From Acaryochloris marina S15 (GTDB taxonomy: Bacteria > Cyanobacteriota > Cyanobacteriia > Thermosynechococcales > Thermosynechococcaceae), in contig NZ_CP064923.1 of the NCBI RefSeq assembly GCF_018336915.1, positions 4,080,001 to 4,112,000 on the forward strand: DNA of 32,000 nt. Direction: 5' to 3'. The notes below the pieces were generated by a model. That model had not been told where the DNA came from, searched no databases, and was given only the letters and a program-made list of their open reading frames with translations. This document shows positions 1 to 8,450 of this stretch, piece after piece; within the stretch, counting starts at the first letter, position 1; each line of letters opens with the position of its first letter. A program made the translations under genes and the position numbers.

Positions 1-570
1 TTGTTATCCCCGAATACCGGCTCTATTCTATGGCGTGGGGAAAATATTGGTGGGCGTAAACCGAATGAAATTGTTACCCAAGGAGTTTGCTATGTTCCAC
101 AGCTAGCCAATGTTTTCCGCTCGCTTACGGTAGAAGAGAACCTAGAGATGGGGGCTTTTATTCGAGATGTTCCTTTAGGGGAACTGAAGTCCAAAATCTA
201 TACCACCTTCCCGAAATTAGCTGACCGTCGTCGTCAACAAGCTGGGACTCTTTCAGGAGGAGAACGACAAATGCTGGCCATGGGCAGAGCAATGATGCTG
301 GAACCAGGGTTATTAATTCTAGATGAGCCTTCGGCTGCCCTTTCACCCATTTTAGTGGATGACATCTTAGCCAAAATTCGTGAGATTAATGCCGAAGGAA
401 CTTCAGTTATTTTAGTTGAACAGAATGCCCGTAAGGCCCTAGCGATGGCTGATCGAGGTTATGTCCTTGATTCAGGCCGAGATCGCTTTGAAGGGCCAGG
501 TCCACAACTATTAGATGATCCAAAAGTAGGTGCACTGTATCTAGGCGGACATTCATCTACCGAAAGTTAG
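1..570 (+). CDS. Branched-chain/neutral amino-acid type ABC transporter ATP-binding protein (LivF/NatE/UrtE-like), 5'-truncated by window edge
   Basis: The ORF runs from the window edge. It has the ABC signature LSGGERQ, Walker B LLILDEPS and a LivF-like C-terminus (DDPKVGALYLGG). Walker A lies upstream of the window. Confidence 0.85.
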   Translation: MLSPNTGSILWRGENIGGRKPNEIVTQGVCYVPQLANVFRSLTVEENLEMGAFIRDVPLGELKSKIYTTFPKLADRRRQQAGTLSGGERQMLAMGRAMMLEPGLLILDEPSAALSPILVDDILAKIREINAEGTSVILVEQNARKALAMADRGYVLDSGRDRFEGPGPQLLDDPKVGALYLGGHSSTES

Positions 571-592
571 GTCTTGGCTCAACCTAACATCA

Positions 593-1282
593 TCATTCTT
601 CTGGCACAGTGTCTTGCATTCCTCTTAAGGCTTCACCAAAGAAGGTTTGATCTGCTGAAGGGGATGGCGAAAATAAAGGACGATCTAAAACAAGAGGCTC
701 TGTTCTAGGTTCTAATTCCAATAAATCTCTAATCGGCTCATCCAATGATTCAAATTTCATCTTGCCATTTTGGTTCAAGATAGTCTGGCCGGTCGCATCG
801 ACCAGCACAAATTGAGGAACAAATTGCCCGTTGTAATAATACTGAGCCTCAGTAGGCTCGTAGTCCCGTCGAGTATTAATGGCATCTACCATCATGGGCA
901 TAAAGTTGAGTTGACGTCTATATTCGGCCTGTAGCTGGGTCAACACCAAGGCATTTTGTTTGCATTCCTGACTATCGTCTGAATAAAACATGATTAGGGT
1001 GGGCATTTCCTTCTTCATTGCCGCTGCTAAGTTTACTTTTGGTGGAACCAATGCAGCATTACTGGCATACAGGATAAAGATATTGCCATCGAATTCATCG
1101 TCGTTAATACCTGCGATCGCATCTTGAGACATTCCCATCCCAAATCCAAACAGGAACAAAACTAGGACCAACCCACTCATAAAACGTTGACCGATACGAC
1201 GCCAGCTTGGACGAATACCTACGCCAAAAATCATGATTACAATTCCTCCAACAGCAAACGTACTAACCCGCCCAAGCACCAT
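593..1282 (-). CDS. Membrane-anchored thioredoxin-fold protein (TxlA-like) with a degenerate SxxC active site
   Basis: 229-aa ORF with an ATG start. It has N-terminal hydrophobic segments. LIMFYSDDSQECK aligns to the thioredoxin FYAPWCGHCK motif, with Ser replacing the first Cys. Confidence 0.6.
   Translation of the reverse strand: MVLGRVSTFAVGGIVIMIFGVGIRPSWRRIGQRFMSGLVLVLFLFGFGMGMSQDAIAGINDDEFDGNIFILYASNAALVPPKVNLAAAMKKEMPTLIMFYSDDSQECKQNALVLTQLQAEYRRQLNFMPMMVDAINTRRDYEPTEAQYYYNGQFVPQFVLVDATGQTILNQNGKMKFESLDEPIRDLLELEPRTEPLVLDRPLFSPSPSADQTFFGEALRGMQDTVPEE
1113..1120. repeat. HIP1 octamer GCGATCGC (one of at least 15 copies in the window)
   Basis: I located exact copies starting at 1113, 8364, 11418, 14505, 17643, 20438, 22279, 23153, 24735, 25557, 26175, 27379, 27819, 29560 and 30786. 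Confidence 0.9.
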
Positions 1283-1437
1283 AGCTTAAAACTGCACTCT
1301 ACAGTACTTGTAGCATTGCAGCACAAGACAGTGCTGGATAATAATCTTCCAAACACACCTGCTAGTTGAAGTACTAGCCATTTAGATAGCAATAGAATTG
1401 ACTGAAGTCAGATTATCAAACGACTAACCATCTTTTC

Positions 1438-2931
1438 TTACTGATCTTTTTTAGTCGGGATGCGCTCATACCCAGGCTTAGTCTTCGTCATTTTTCCCCA
1501 TAGACCCTTCACATCATTGAGCAGTGCTTCCCCCTTCTCTGCTATCTCCTTGGAGTCAACCTTGGGTGTCTTTGGTGTTGTCGAGTCTGCAGATTTAGAT
1601 GCCTTATCTTCAGGATTCTCTACTTTAGGCTCAGAAGTTGCTGTAGATGTATCTGGCTCTTTAACTTGTTCCTTCGGCTTATCCTCACCGCCCTTCGACT
1701 CTACCTTAGCCACAGGTGTAGACTTCTCACCCACTGCCTTTGTATCGACCTTCGGTGCTGGTGCTGGTGCTGACGTGATTTTAGGAGCAGGAGTCGTTGG
1801 GGCTTTAGATTCTGGCTTTGCCTGAGAAGCTGCTGCCTTAGGTGTGGGCTTCACCTCTGCTTTAGCTTTTGGCTTCGCTTCTGTCTTAGGTTTTGCCTTA
1901 GATGTCCCAGCCGTGAGAGACTTTGCCGCAGGTCCCTTGGCTTTGGGCTTGGCCTCTGCTTTCGGCGCTGGCTTATCCTTACCCTTGGCTTTAACGTCTG
2001 CTTTTGGCTTTTCGTCTTGCTCGCCTACTTTAGGAGCTACCTTCTTCGACTTCGAGCTCTTCTTCTCTGCTGTCTTTGCTTCTTTTGCCTCAGGAGCAAG
2101 AGCTTCCACTTCTGGATTTGCTACTGCTGGCACGTTGACGGGCTTACGACCCACTAAGCGTCCTAAGAATTCACAGGTCTTCTCAATGACACCTGGCTTA
2201 CGCTGAACAAATGTTCCCAGGCCTTTTTGAATCGGTAAGGTGTCCAATACGTCTAGCTGAGAGCAATAATTAACGTCTGCTTTGCCCCGCATCTTCAATA
2301 ACCGCTGACCATGACTGGCACTGGCCAACAATTCGGGTAACTGGTCTTGCCACTGCCGAAATAATGAGACGGCGGCGATGGCTTCGTCATTCCCCGCTAG
2401 TTTGCTCAACGGGGTCTTGCCGCTGGCTAAGATGCCATCAATAATTGCGCCTGCACAGACGGTATCTTCGAGGGAATAACTCCCTTCCCAACCGGAAGCT
2501 ACTAGCCAAACGGTCCCAGGGTTCTTGGTGGCTAGATAGTTGACGACGGCCTGACGGTTGGTCAAGGAGGCCATGATCACTTTTGAGGCATTACGGACGC
2601 TCTCTGAACAACGGGTCCCGTTCGTTGTACTCAAAAATAACCGACGGCCTGCGGTGTTCTCTGGGGTAAATGCTAAGGGAGAGTTGCCAAATTCACAGGA
2701 TTTTACTTTCCGACCGCCTCGTTCACCTGCCCGGATCCGTTTGTCTTCTTCTACAGCTTCACTGGCTTCTAGTAAGGGTTCAATTTCACTAAAAACTCTG
2801 ACCGCTTCTGCGCCTGCGTTAATGGCGGCGGCAATGGTGCTGCTGGCTCGCAATACGTCGATGACGACGGCACAGCCAGGGAGACGATTATTGGGAATCT
2901 CTTCGGGGGTATGGTAAACGAATAATTTCAC
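1438..2931 (-). CDS. 2-phosphosulfolactate phosphatase (ComB) family protein with a long C-terminal Lys/Pro/Ala-rich low-complexity tail
   Basis: Residues 1-245 (VVIDVLRASSTI, FGNSP, STTNGT) match my memory of the ComB family. Residues ~265-497 are low-complexity AKPK/PAPK repeats. The start is GTG at 2931. Confidence 0.8.
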   Translation of the reverse strand: MKLFVYHTPEEIPNNRLPGCAVVIDVLRASSTIAAAINAGAEAVRVFSEIEPLLEASEAVEEDKRIRAGERGGRKVKSCEFGNSPLAFTPENTAGRRLFLSTTNGTRCSESVRNASKVIMASLTNRQAVVNYLATKNPGTVWLVASGWEGSYSLEDTVCAGAIIDGILASGKTPLSKLAGNDEAIAAVSLFRQWQDQLPELLASASHGQRLLKMRGKADVNYCSQLDVLDTLPIQKGLGTFVQRKPGVIEKTCEFLGRLVGRKPVNVPAVANPEVEALAPEAKEAKTAEKKSSKSKKVAPKVGEQDEKPKADVKAKGKDKPAPKAEAKPKAKGPAAKSLTAGTSKAKPKTEAKPKAKAEVKPTPKAAASQAKPESKAPTTPAPKITSAPAPAPKVDTKAVGEKSTPVAKVESKGGEDKPKEQVKEPDTSTATSEPKVENPEDKASKSADSTTPKTPKVDSKEIAEKGEALLNDVKGLWGKMTKTKPGYERIPTKKDQ

Positions 2932-3039
2932 GGGATAAAGATGACCTATATCGTTATTTTCTATCGAGTTCTATTTTATGGGGCTTTGTTGCCACTTCTG
3001 CAGGGTTTTTACCTTTCTCTGAAGACTAATCAAGCAAAA

Positions 3040-3065
3040 GGGCAAGCAGGATGTCCTGCTTGCCC
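3040..3065 (-). terminator. Rho-independent terminator downstream of the pcb-like gene ending at 3122
   Basis: The stem is a perfect 11 bp (gggcaagcagg / cctgcttgccc) with a 4-nt loop. On the minus strand it is followed by cttttgctt. Confidence 0.7.
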
Positions 3066-3121
3066 TTAATGACTGACTTTAAGGTCTCTGGTGTAGTTTC
3101 ACTAGAAACTGTCAGGGGGCT

Positions 3122-4189
3122 TTATTTGGTAAGGGCGTGTAGTTTCTCTCCACGCAGGCCATGCCAAAGGCCACCGCCAACCATCCAAAGAAGTCCAAGA
3201 ATCAGTTGAAGGGCGGCTGCACCTCCACGGTCTACTCCATGAAAGATGGGAGGGTAGGCTACATCGCAATATTTGATGAAGATGGAGGAGCTAATGCCCA
3301 TGAATCCAACTGCAGCGACGCTCCAGGAAAGAATGACCTCGCCATTGAGGATTCCTTCGGAGGTGGTCCAACCACCATTTGCGGGTGAGAAGACGGGACG
3401 CTTGTTGAAGATGGGGGTAGCTTGACGATAGACGATGTGGAAAATTGCACCGGCTACGTCTAGGGCGCCAACGAGGAAGTGTCCACCGATGACGTCTTCC
3501 ATGTTGTCGACTGCGGCCATGCCGGCTCCGCTCCAGCCGTTGGGGGTGAATCCGAACAGATAGCCAATCAGGCGAGCAGGATTCAGGTTAGGGCTAATTT
3601 GATGAACGGTTTCAGTGTTGATGTCATACATTCCGGTGCCGTAGGCGGCGTTGCCGGCGAAGATTAAGCACGCAACTCCGATGAAGAGTAGGTGATAACC
3701 CAGAATGTAGGAGGTGCTCTCAAAGTCTTCCCACTCATAGTGGAAGCCAGCGGAGGTGCTGCCTTCGGGACAGTCGCTCAGACGAGCTTCTCCTCGGAAG
3801 GTGTGATACAAACCGGCTGCACAACATACGGCGGCGATGAAAAAGTGCAGGACCCCAATCACGAAGAAGGGGTAGGTGTCGACGATCTCTCCACCGGCAC
3901 CAACGCCAACCCCAAGGGCGGCGAGGTGGGGCATGAATACCATGCTCTGCTCTGATAGGGGAATGCCGGGCTGATAGCGGGCGACTTCTTGAACGATGAA
4001 GGCGCCTGGGACAACACTCATCAAGGCTGCGTGGCACTGATGGGCTCCCAAGAGCATCCCTGATAGGTCGGTCATCCGGACGTTGCCGGCCCACCATTGG
4101 TTCTCAAAGTTGCTTAATACGGATGTCGGTAATTCGTTCTGAACGGCGGCTGCCTTACCGCCTCTTCTTCCTCTTGCGAATGCTGTCAC
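3122..4189 (-). CDS. Pcb/IsiA (CP43-prime) family chlorophyll-binding antenna protein, divergent paralog with an Arg-rich N-terminal extension
   Basis: The 355-aa size fits a six-helix CP43-like protein without the large lumenal loop. Motifs seen are WWAGN, GAHQCH and GGEIVDTYPFF. The start is GTG, preceded by agagga. The gene looks markedly GC-richer than its neighbours. Confidence 0.85.
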   Translation of the reverse strand: MTAFARGRRGGKAAAVQNELPTSVLSNFENQWWAGNVRMTDLSGMLLGAHQCHAALMSVVPGAFIVQEVARYQPGIPLSEQSMVFMPHLAALGVGVGAGGEIVDTYPFFVIGVLHFFIAAVCCAAGLYHTFRGEARLSDCPEGSTSAGFHYEWEDFESTSYILGYHLLFIGVACLIFAGNAAYGTGMYDINTETVHQISPNLNPARLIGYLFGFTPNGWSGAGMAAVDNMEDVIGGHFLVGALDVAGAIFHIVYRQATPIFNKRPVFSPANGGWTTSEGILNGEVILSWSVAAVGFMGISSSIFIKYCDVAYPPIFHGVDRGGAAALQLILGLLWMVGGGLWHGLRGEKLHALTK

Positions 4190-4375
4190 AACTGTTTTCC
4201 TCTTTTGTCTTCTGTATTCGGAAATAGAAATATTTTTATGTGTACCCCATACCAGAACAATGGCATGGCTCCGACAGGTATAAGTAATGGCTTTTAGAGC
4301 TTGAAGTTCTGTCTAACTAAAATGCCTAGAGACTCAACTCAAGCCTAAGCCTAAACACTTTTAACTCAATAATTA

Positions 4376-4420
4376 GGGTGACAGTAATGACTGAAACAAT
4401 CGCTCAATCTACTGCCACCC
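4376..4420 (-). terminator. Candidate stem-loop (terminator or processing site) between the two pcb-like genes
   Basis: In the minus-strand transcript, gggtggcagta pairs with tactgtcaccc (11 bp including one G-U) around a 23-nt loop. It is followed by an AU-rich tract, uaauuauug. The large loop makes this weak. Confidence 0.3.
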
Positions 4421-4469
4421 CAATATCAAGAAGAAATCAAAACAAAGCTGATGGTAGTTCCAACAATAC

Positions 4470-5519
4470 TTAGTTTGTTTCGGGAGTTAAGCTTGCTAAT
4501 GCTTGAGGAATGCGACGGAAGTCGAATCCATAGGAGCGAAGAGCATGGAATAAGTGGCCCTGGAGGCAATAAAAAGCCCAATAGTAGTGGAAATTAGAAA
4601 TCCAGAAACGAGTTGTATGTCCGCCCTGAGAAGGATCTAAAGTTTCTGCAAAGTAAGGCGTGACATTCAATTTGGCTTCCAAAACGGGGCCAAACAGCTC
4701 TACAGGAAATACAACGTCATTTACAGAGCAGAAATACGCTGCATTAAAGCCAGCAAAAGCTAGACCCGCTAAAGCATACCCTAACAATGCTTCGCCATTC
4801 TTGATGTATAAGCGATCGGTATATGGCCAAGGCTTAACAAGAATGTGGAAGATACCACCAAAGACATAGAGTGACGCGACAAAGAAATGACCGCCAATCA
4901 CATCTTCAAGGTTATTAACGAAGTAAGGGTTAAAGCCAGGAGTTGCCCAACCATACTTGAAGAATCTGACTAAATTGAGGTTCGGAGTGATTGCACGGAC
5001 CTCTCCGGCGACAGGATCATAAATCCCATGGGTACATGCCCAAGTCGCAAACAATAGGCATGCTGCGCCTAAAAAGATGAGATGGTGGCCCAGGATACGT
5101 CCCTGAGTTTCAAAGTCATCCCACTCAAAATGGAATCTTCGAGCTCCAGCAAATTCGCTTTCGGATAAAATCTTGGGACCTTTGGTAACCCCATAAAGAG
5201 CACCAGCACCAAAGACTGCCGCTGCAATCAGGTGAATCATGCCAATTGCAAAGTAGGGATAGGTATCTACAATGGCGCCTCCAGCAGCAACACCCCAACC
5301 AGCGCGGGCTAACTGAGGAAGACAAACTAGATTTTGCTGATAAACAGGTAAGTCTGGATTAAATCGACTTAATTCGTAAATGGTGAATGAACCAGCCCAA
5401 AAAGCCATGGAGCCGATTTGGCCATTATGAGCAGCTATAAATTGGCCGCTGTAGTCGGTATAGCGGGAGTTCGACGCCCACCAGCCGTACTCAACGTCAG
5501 GTTGTCCATAAGTTTGCAT
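4470..5519 (-). CDS. Pcb/IsiA (CP43-prime) family chlorophyll-binding antenna protein, IsiA-like N-terminus
   Basis: 349-aa ORF. It begins MQTYGQPDVEYGWWASNSR, which is typical of IsiA/Pcb. It also has GGAIVDTYPYF. A strong RBS (gaggagga) precedes the ATG at 5519. Confidence 0.9.
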   Translation of the reverse strand: MQTYGQPDVEYGWWASNSRYTDYSGQFIAAHNGQIGSMAFWAGSFTIYELSRFNPDLPVYQQNLVCLPQLARAGWGVAAGGAIVDTYPYFAIGMIHLIAAAVFGAGALYGVTKGPKILSESEFAGARRFHFEWDDFETQGRILGHHLIFLGAACLLFATWACTHGIYDPVAGEVRAITPNLNLVRFFKYGWATPGFNPYFVNNLEDVIGGHFFVASLYVFGGIFHILVKPWPYTDRLYIKNGEALLGYALAGLAFAGFNAAYFCSVNDVVFPVELFGPVLEAKLNVTPYFAETLDPSQGGHTTRFWISNFHYYWAFYCLQGHLFHALRSYGFDFRRIPQALASLTPETN

Positions 5520-5559
5520 TTAAAAAATTTCCTCCTCTGTTATCGGTGCCACCGTAACT

Positions 5560-5595
5560 TTATTATCAAACTTAATATCAAAAATACTATCAGAC
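5560..5595 (-). promoter_or_regulatory. Candidate Fur-box-like operator: three TGATA(A/T/G)T hexamers at exact 12-nt spacing upstream of the IsiA-like gene
   Basis: On the plus strand, tatca occurs at 5564, 5576 and 5588. The minus strand reads tgatagt..tgatatt..tgataat, 45-73 nt upstream of the ATG at 5519. This resembles the GATAAT hexamer model of Fur boxes. Confidence 0.3.
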
Positions 5596-5928
5596 CTCGC
5601 CTCTTGCTGTCTGTGGTTTCCAGTTTTTCGTCCGTTTTCTGACTGATCAATTTCAGCTTTGGAGATTTGTCACTCAAGGGATAGACGATTTTTACCTGTT
5701 CCCAGAGGTTCCACACTTTTGGAAGAGATTGATCCGAAGAGGTGAAGCCAATTCGTAAAGTAATGTTAAGTTAGAGGCGTTTCGTTACTTTGTTGACGAA
5801 TAGTTTAAGTAGTGACTTTCTAGCTAACACGACGGGCAGTGCTTGATAAGCAGTGCTTGTACTATTGTTCTCTAAGGTAGATCTCTGTCTCAACTCGACT
5901 TTTAAAAACACAATAGTCAGATTAAACA

Positions 5929-5957
5929 TTGACAGAAGTTCAGAGTTTCGCTAGGTT
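5929..5957 (+). promoter_or_regulatory. Candidate sigma70-type promoter for tRNA-Glu
   Basis: ttgaca (5929-5934), a 17-nt spacer, then taggtt (5952-5957). The mature tRNA 5' end follows about 25 nt downstream. Confidence 0.35.
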
Positions 5958-5981
5958 AGAAATCGTCAAAAAAACGTACAG

Positions 5982-6054
5982 GCCCCCATCGTCTAGAGGC
6001 CTAGGACACCTCCCTTTCACGGAGGCGACAGGGATTCGAATTCCCTTGGGGGTA
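5982..6054 (+). tRNA. trnE: tRNA-Glu (anticodon UUC)
   Basis: I folded the cloverleaf by hand. The acceptor stem is GCCCCCA/TGGGGGT with G1-U72. The D stem is GTCT/GGAC. The anticodon stem is CCTCC/GGAGG with loop CTTTCAC, placing the anticodon at 6016-6018. The T arm is AGGGA-TTCGAAT-TCCCT. The discriminator is A. No CCA is encoded. Confidence 0.95.
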
Positions 6055-6059
6055 TTTCA

Positions 6060-6109
6060 AAAAAATGTTTTACGGCTCTTCGCTAGTGAAGAGCCGTAAA
6101 ACATTTTTT
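6060..6109. terminator. Strong bidirectional rho-independent terminator immediately after tRNA-Glu
   Basis: A perfect 22-bp inverted repeat (aaaaaatgttttacggctcttc / gaagagccgtaaaacatttttt) surrounds a 6-nt loop, gctagt. It has an A-run on the left and a T-run on the right. Confidence 0.85.
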
Positions 6110-6371
6110 ATTCTGTCTATCTCAGTAATCTCTGAGTTCCCATTAGGTTCAGGACATTCCCCTATCATTCATGTTTGATGACCACGGGAGATGTCAGGTT
6201 CTCTATGAAATTTGTAGAAACTAACGCAAAACTGTTGTTACATTAATAAACGGGGAAGTCTGCAGAAGAGTTATTCTCTGCGCTATCTGATATTCTCCCA
6301 GATGCTGTTCAGTATTTCGCTGCAAGCATTTCAGTTCACTTAACTAGCAAACATTGAGGGCGCTTTCTGCA

Positions 6372-7070
6372 ATGCAGGACCAACAGATAATCAATCCAAT
6401 TTCTCAATCTCAGATCCCTCAAGAGCTGTCTGAGAATGTGATTTTGTCTTCCATGAGTGATCTCTACGATTGGGCAAGACTCTCTAGCCTCTGGCCCTTG
6501 ATGTATGGAACTGCTTGCTGCTTTATTGAAATTGCAGCCATGATTGGCTCTCGATTCGATTTTGATCGATTTGGTCTGGTACCCCGGTCTAGTCCTCGGC
6601 AGGCTGACCTAATCATTACGGCAGGAACCGTAACCATGAAAATGGCACCTGCACTAGTTCGGCTTTATGAACAAATGCCTGATCCAAAATATGTGATTGC
6701 TATGGGTGCATGCACCATTACAGGCGGCATGTTCAGCAGTGATTCTACAACTGCTGTACGAGGGGTCGACAAGCTTATTCCTGTGGACGTCTACTTACCT
6801 GGCTGCCCACCTCGCCCGGAAGCCGTCATGGATGCCATTGTTAAGCTGCGTAAGAAAATCGCCAATGAGGATGTGCGTGAGCGAGGCAATCTGATGCAGA
6901 CCCACCGCTATTACAGCACAACCCACCAGATGAAGGTGGTTCCCCCCATTCATACAGGTGTTTATCTGGAAGCTGTTGCTCGTAAGTCTCCTGCTGCAGC
7001 TTTGAGTGCAGGTGTAGGCGAAGATATGACACCAACCTTAGTGGCTGAAGCTGAAAAAGAAGAAGCGTAA
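6372..7070 (+). CDS. ndhK: NAD(P)H-quinone oxidoreductase (NDH-1) subunit K (NuoB homolog)
   Basis: It carries the Fe-S ligand motifs [16 protein letters not shown] and PGCPPRP. It closely resembles cyanobacterial NdhK as I remember it. The ORF opens at TTG 6354. The ATG at 6372, with gaggg 11 nt upstream, is the more likely start. Confidence 0.93.
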   Translation: MQDQQIINPISQSQIPQELSENVILSSMSDLYDWARLSSLWPLMYGTACCFIEIAAMIGSRFDFDRFGLVPRSSPRQADLIITAGTVTMKMAPALVRLYEQMPDPKYVIAMGACTITGGMFSSDSTTAVRGVDKLIPVDVYLPGCPPRPEAVMDAIVKLRKKIANEDVRERGNLMQTHRYYSTTHQMKVVPPIHTGVYLEAVARKSPAAALSAGVGEDMTPTLVAEAEKEEA

Positions 7071-7295
7071 CCCACTGTCTCTGTACAGGACAGAACTTTT
7101 AATGTCTGGCACTAAAAGCGCTCGGAACCTCTGCAGGGCATAGCTTATAGCCTGAGTTATTAAAAGTACTAATATACATGGCTTTCATAGTTTTTGTCCT
7201 GTACTTAGAACCCACTTCTATAAGTATTAAGCTCCTAAATCCTCTATCCATGCTGATCGCAACTTAAGTCAGCACTACTATTTCGATGAAACATC

Positions 7296-8288
7296 ATGAC
7301 CAGTGACCTGGAAACTCAGTTGCAGCAGCTTCGGAAAGAGGCAGAAGCTGCAATTATTTCTTCTGACACCCTCGATGCTTTAGAAACGCTTCGGGTTAGC
7401 TACCTTGGCAAGAAAGGTCAGCTTTCTCAAATCCTTAAGGGGATGGGCAAACTAGATGCATCGGAACGGCCCAGGATTGGGGGACTAGCTAACCAGGTCA
7501 AGGAAGCATTACAACAGGGATTAGAAAAGAAAAAATCTGATCTAAATCAAGCAGCCATTGCGGTTCAACTTGCAGCAGAAACCTTAGATGTGACCATGCC
7601 GGGAGCCTACGTTCCTCAAGGGCATGTTCATCCTCTAAATAGCACTATTGATAAAGCATTGGATATCTTTGTGGGCTTGGGGTATACCATTGCCCAAGGT
7701 CCAGAGATGGAAACAGACTATTACAATTTCGAAGCCCTGAATACGCCGCCCGATCACCCGGCACGGGATATGCAGGATACGTTTTATCTGCCAGATGGCA
7801 ATCTGCTGCGCACCCATACTTCTGCGGTTCAAATTCACCATATGGAAGACCATGAACCGCCCATTCGAATTGCGGCTCCTGGGCGCTGTTATCGTCGGGA
7901 TACGGAAGATGCTACCCATGCTGCAGTGTTTCATCAAATTGAGATTTTAGCGGTTGATAAGGGGCTTACCTTTACGGATCTCAAAGGCACCATCAAAGTC
8001 TTTATTGAACAGATGTTTGGAGATGTACCTATTCGGTTTCGAGCTAGCTATTTCCCCTTTACGGAACCCTCTGCTGAGGTCGACGTGCAGTGGAAAGGCC
8101 GATGGCTAGAAGTCTTAGGTTGCGGCATGGTTGATCCCAATGTCCTGAAAAACGTGGGCTACGATCCTGAGGTCTATACTGGGTTCGCTGCAGGTTTCGG
8201 GGTGGAGCGATTTGCGATGGTCCTTCACCAAATTGATGATATTCGACGGTTATATACCAGCGATTTGCGTTTTTTACGCCAATTCTAG
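7296..8288 (+). CDS. pheS: Phenylalanine--tRNA ligase alpha subunit
   Basis: 330 aa. Class II aaRS motifs are present ([42 protein letters not shown]). Confidence 0.95.
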   Translation: MTSDLETQLQQLRKEAEAAIISSDTLDALETLRVSYLGKKGQLSQILKGMGKLDASERPRIGGLANQVKEALQQGLEKKKSDLNQAAIAVQLAAETLDVTMPGAYVPQGHVHPLNSTIDKALDIFVGLGYTIAQGPEMETDYYNFEALNTPPDHPARDMQDTFYLPDGNLLRTHTSAVQIHHMEDHEPPIRIAAPGRCYRRDTEDATHAAVFHQIEILAVDKGLTFTDLKGTIKVFIEQMFGDVPIRFRASYFPFTEPSAEVDVQWKGRWLEVLGCGMVDPNVLKNVGYDPEVYTGFAAGFGVERFAMVLHQIDDIRRLYTSDLRFLRQF

Positions 8289-8450
8289 ACGCTTCCCATT
8301 TGTAGGCAAACTAGTCATTAGCATTTGGGTAGAAGATGCATTTTTTTATCAGGATACTGGGGTGCGATCGCATCTCTAACCCCGTCCATCCGATCTCACC
8401 TGGACCTTTGACTAACAGCAAACACGCCCCCAAGCAACGCAGCATCATGG

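Noticed and set aside
1460-2917. Plus-strand ORFs antisense to the ComB-family gene (1460-1825, 1844-2206, 2558-2917).
   Set aside because: They are mirror images of the Lys/Pro/Ala repeat region and translate to Gly/Phe/Ala/Ser-rich products. They resemble no family and have no independent start or RBS support.
3161-4097. Five ORFs of 62-120 aa in other frames or on the opposite strand within the GC-rich pcb-like gene (3161-3388+, 3259-3450-, 3479-3667+, 3692-3955+, 3735-4097-).
   Set aside because: They lie entirely inside a well-supported Pcb/IsiA reading frame. Their products are low-complexity and rich in Arg, Gly and Pro. They are what a locally GC-rich, stop-poor sequence would produce.
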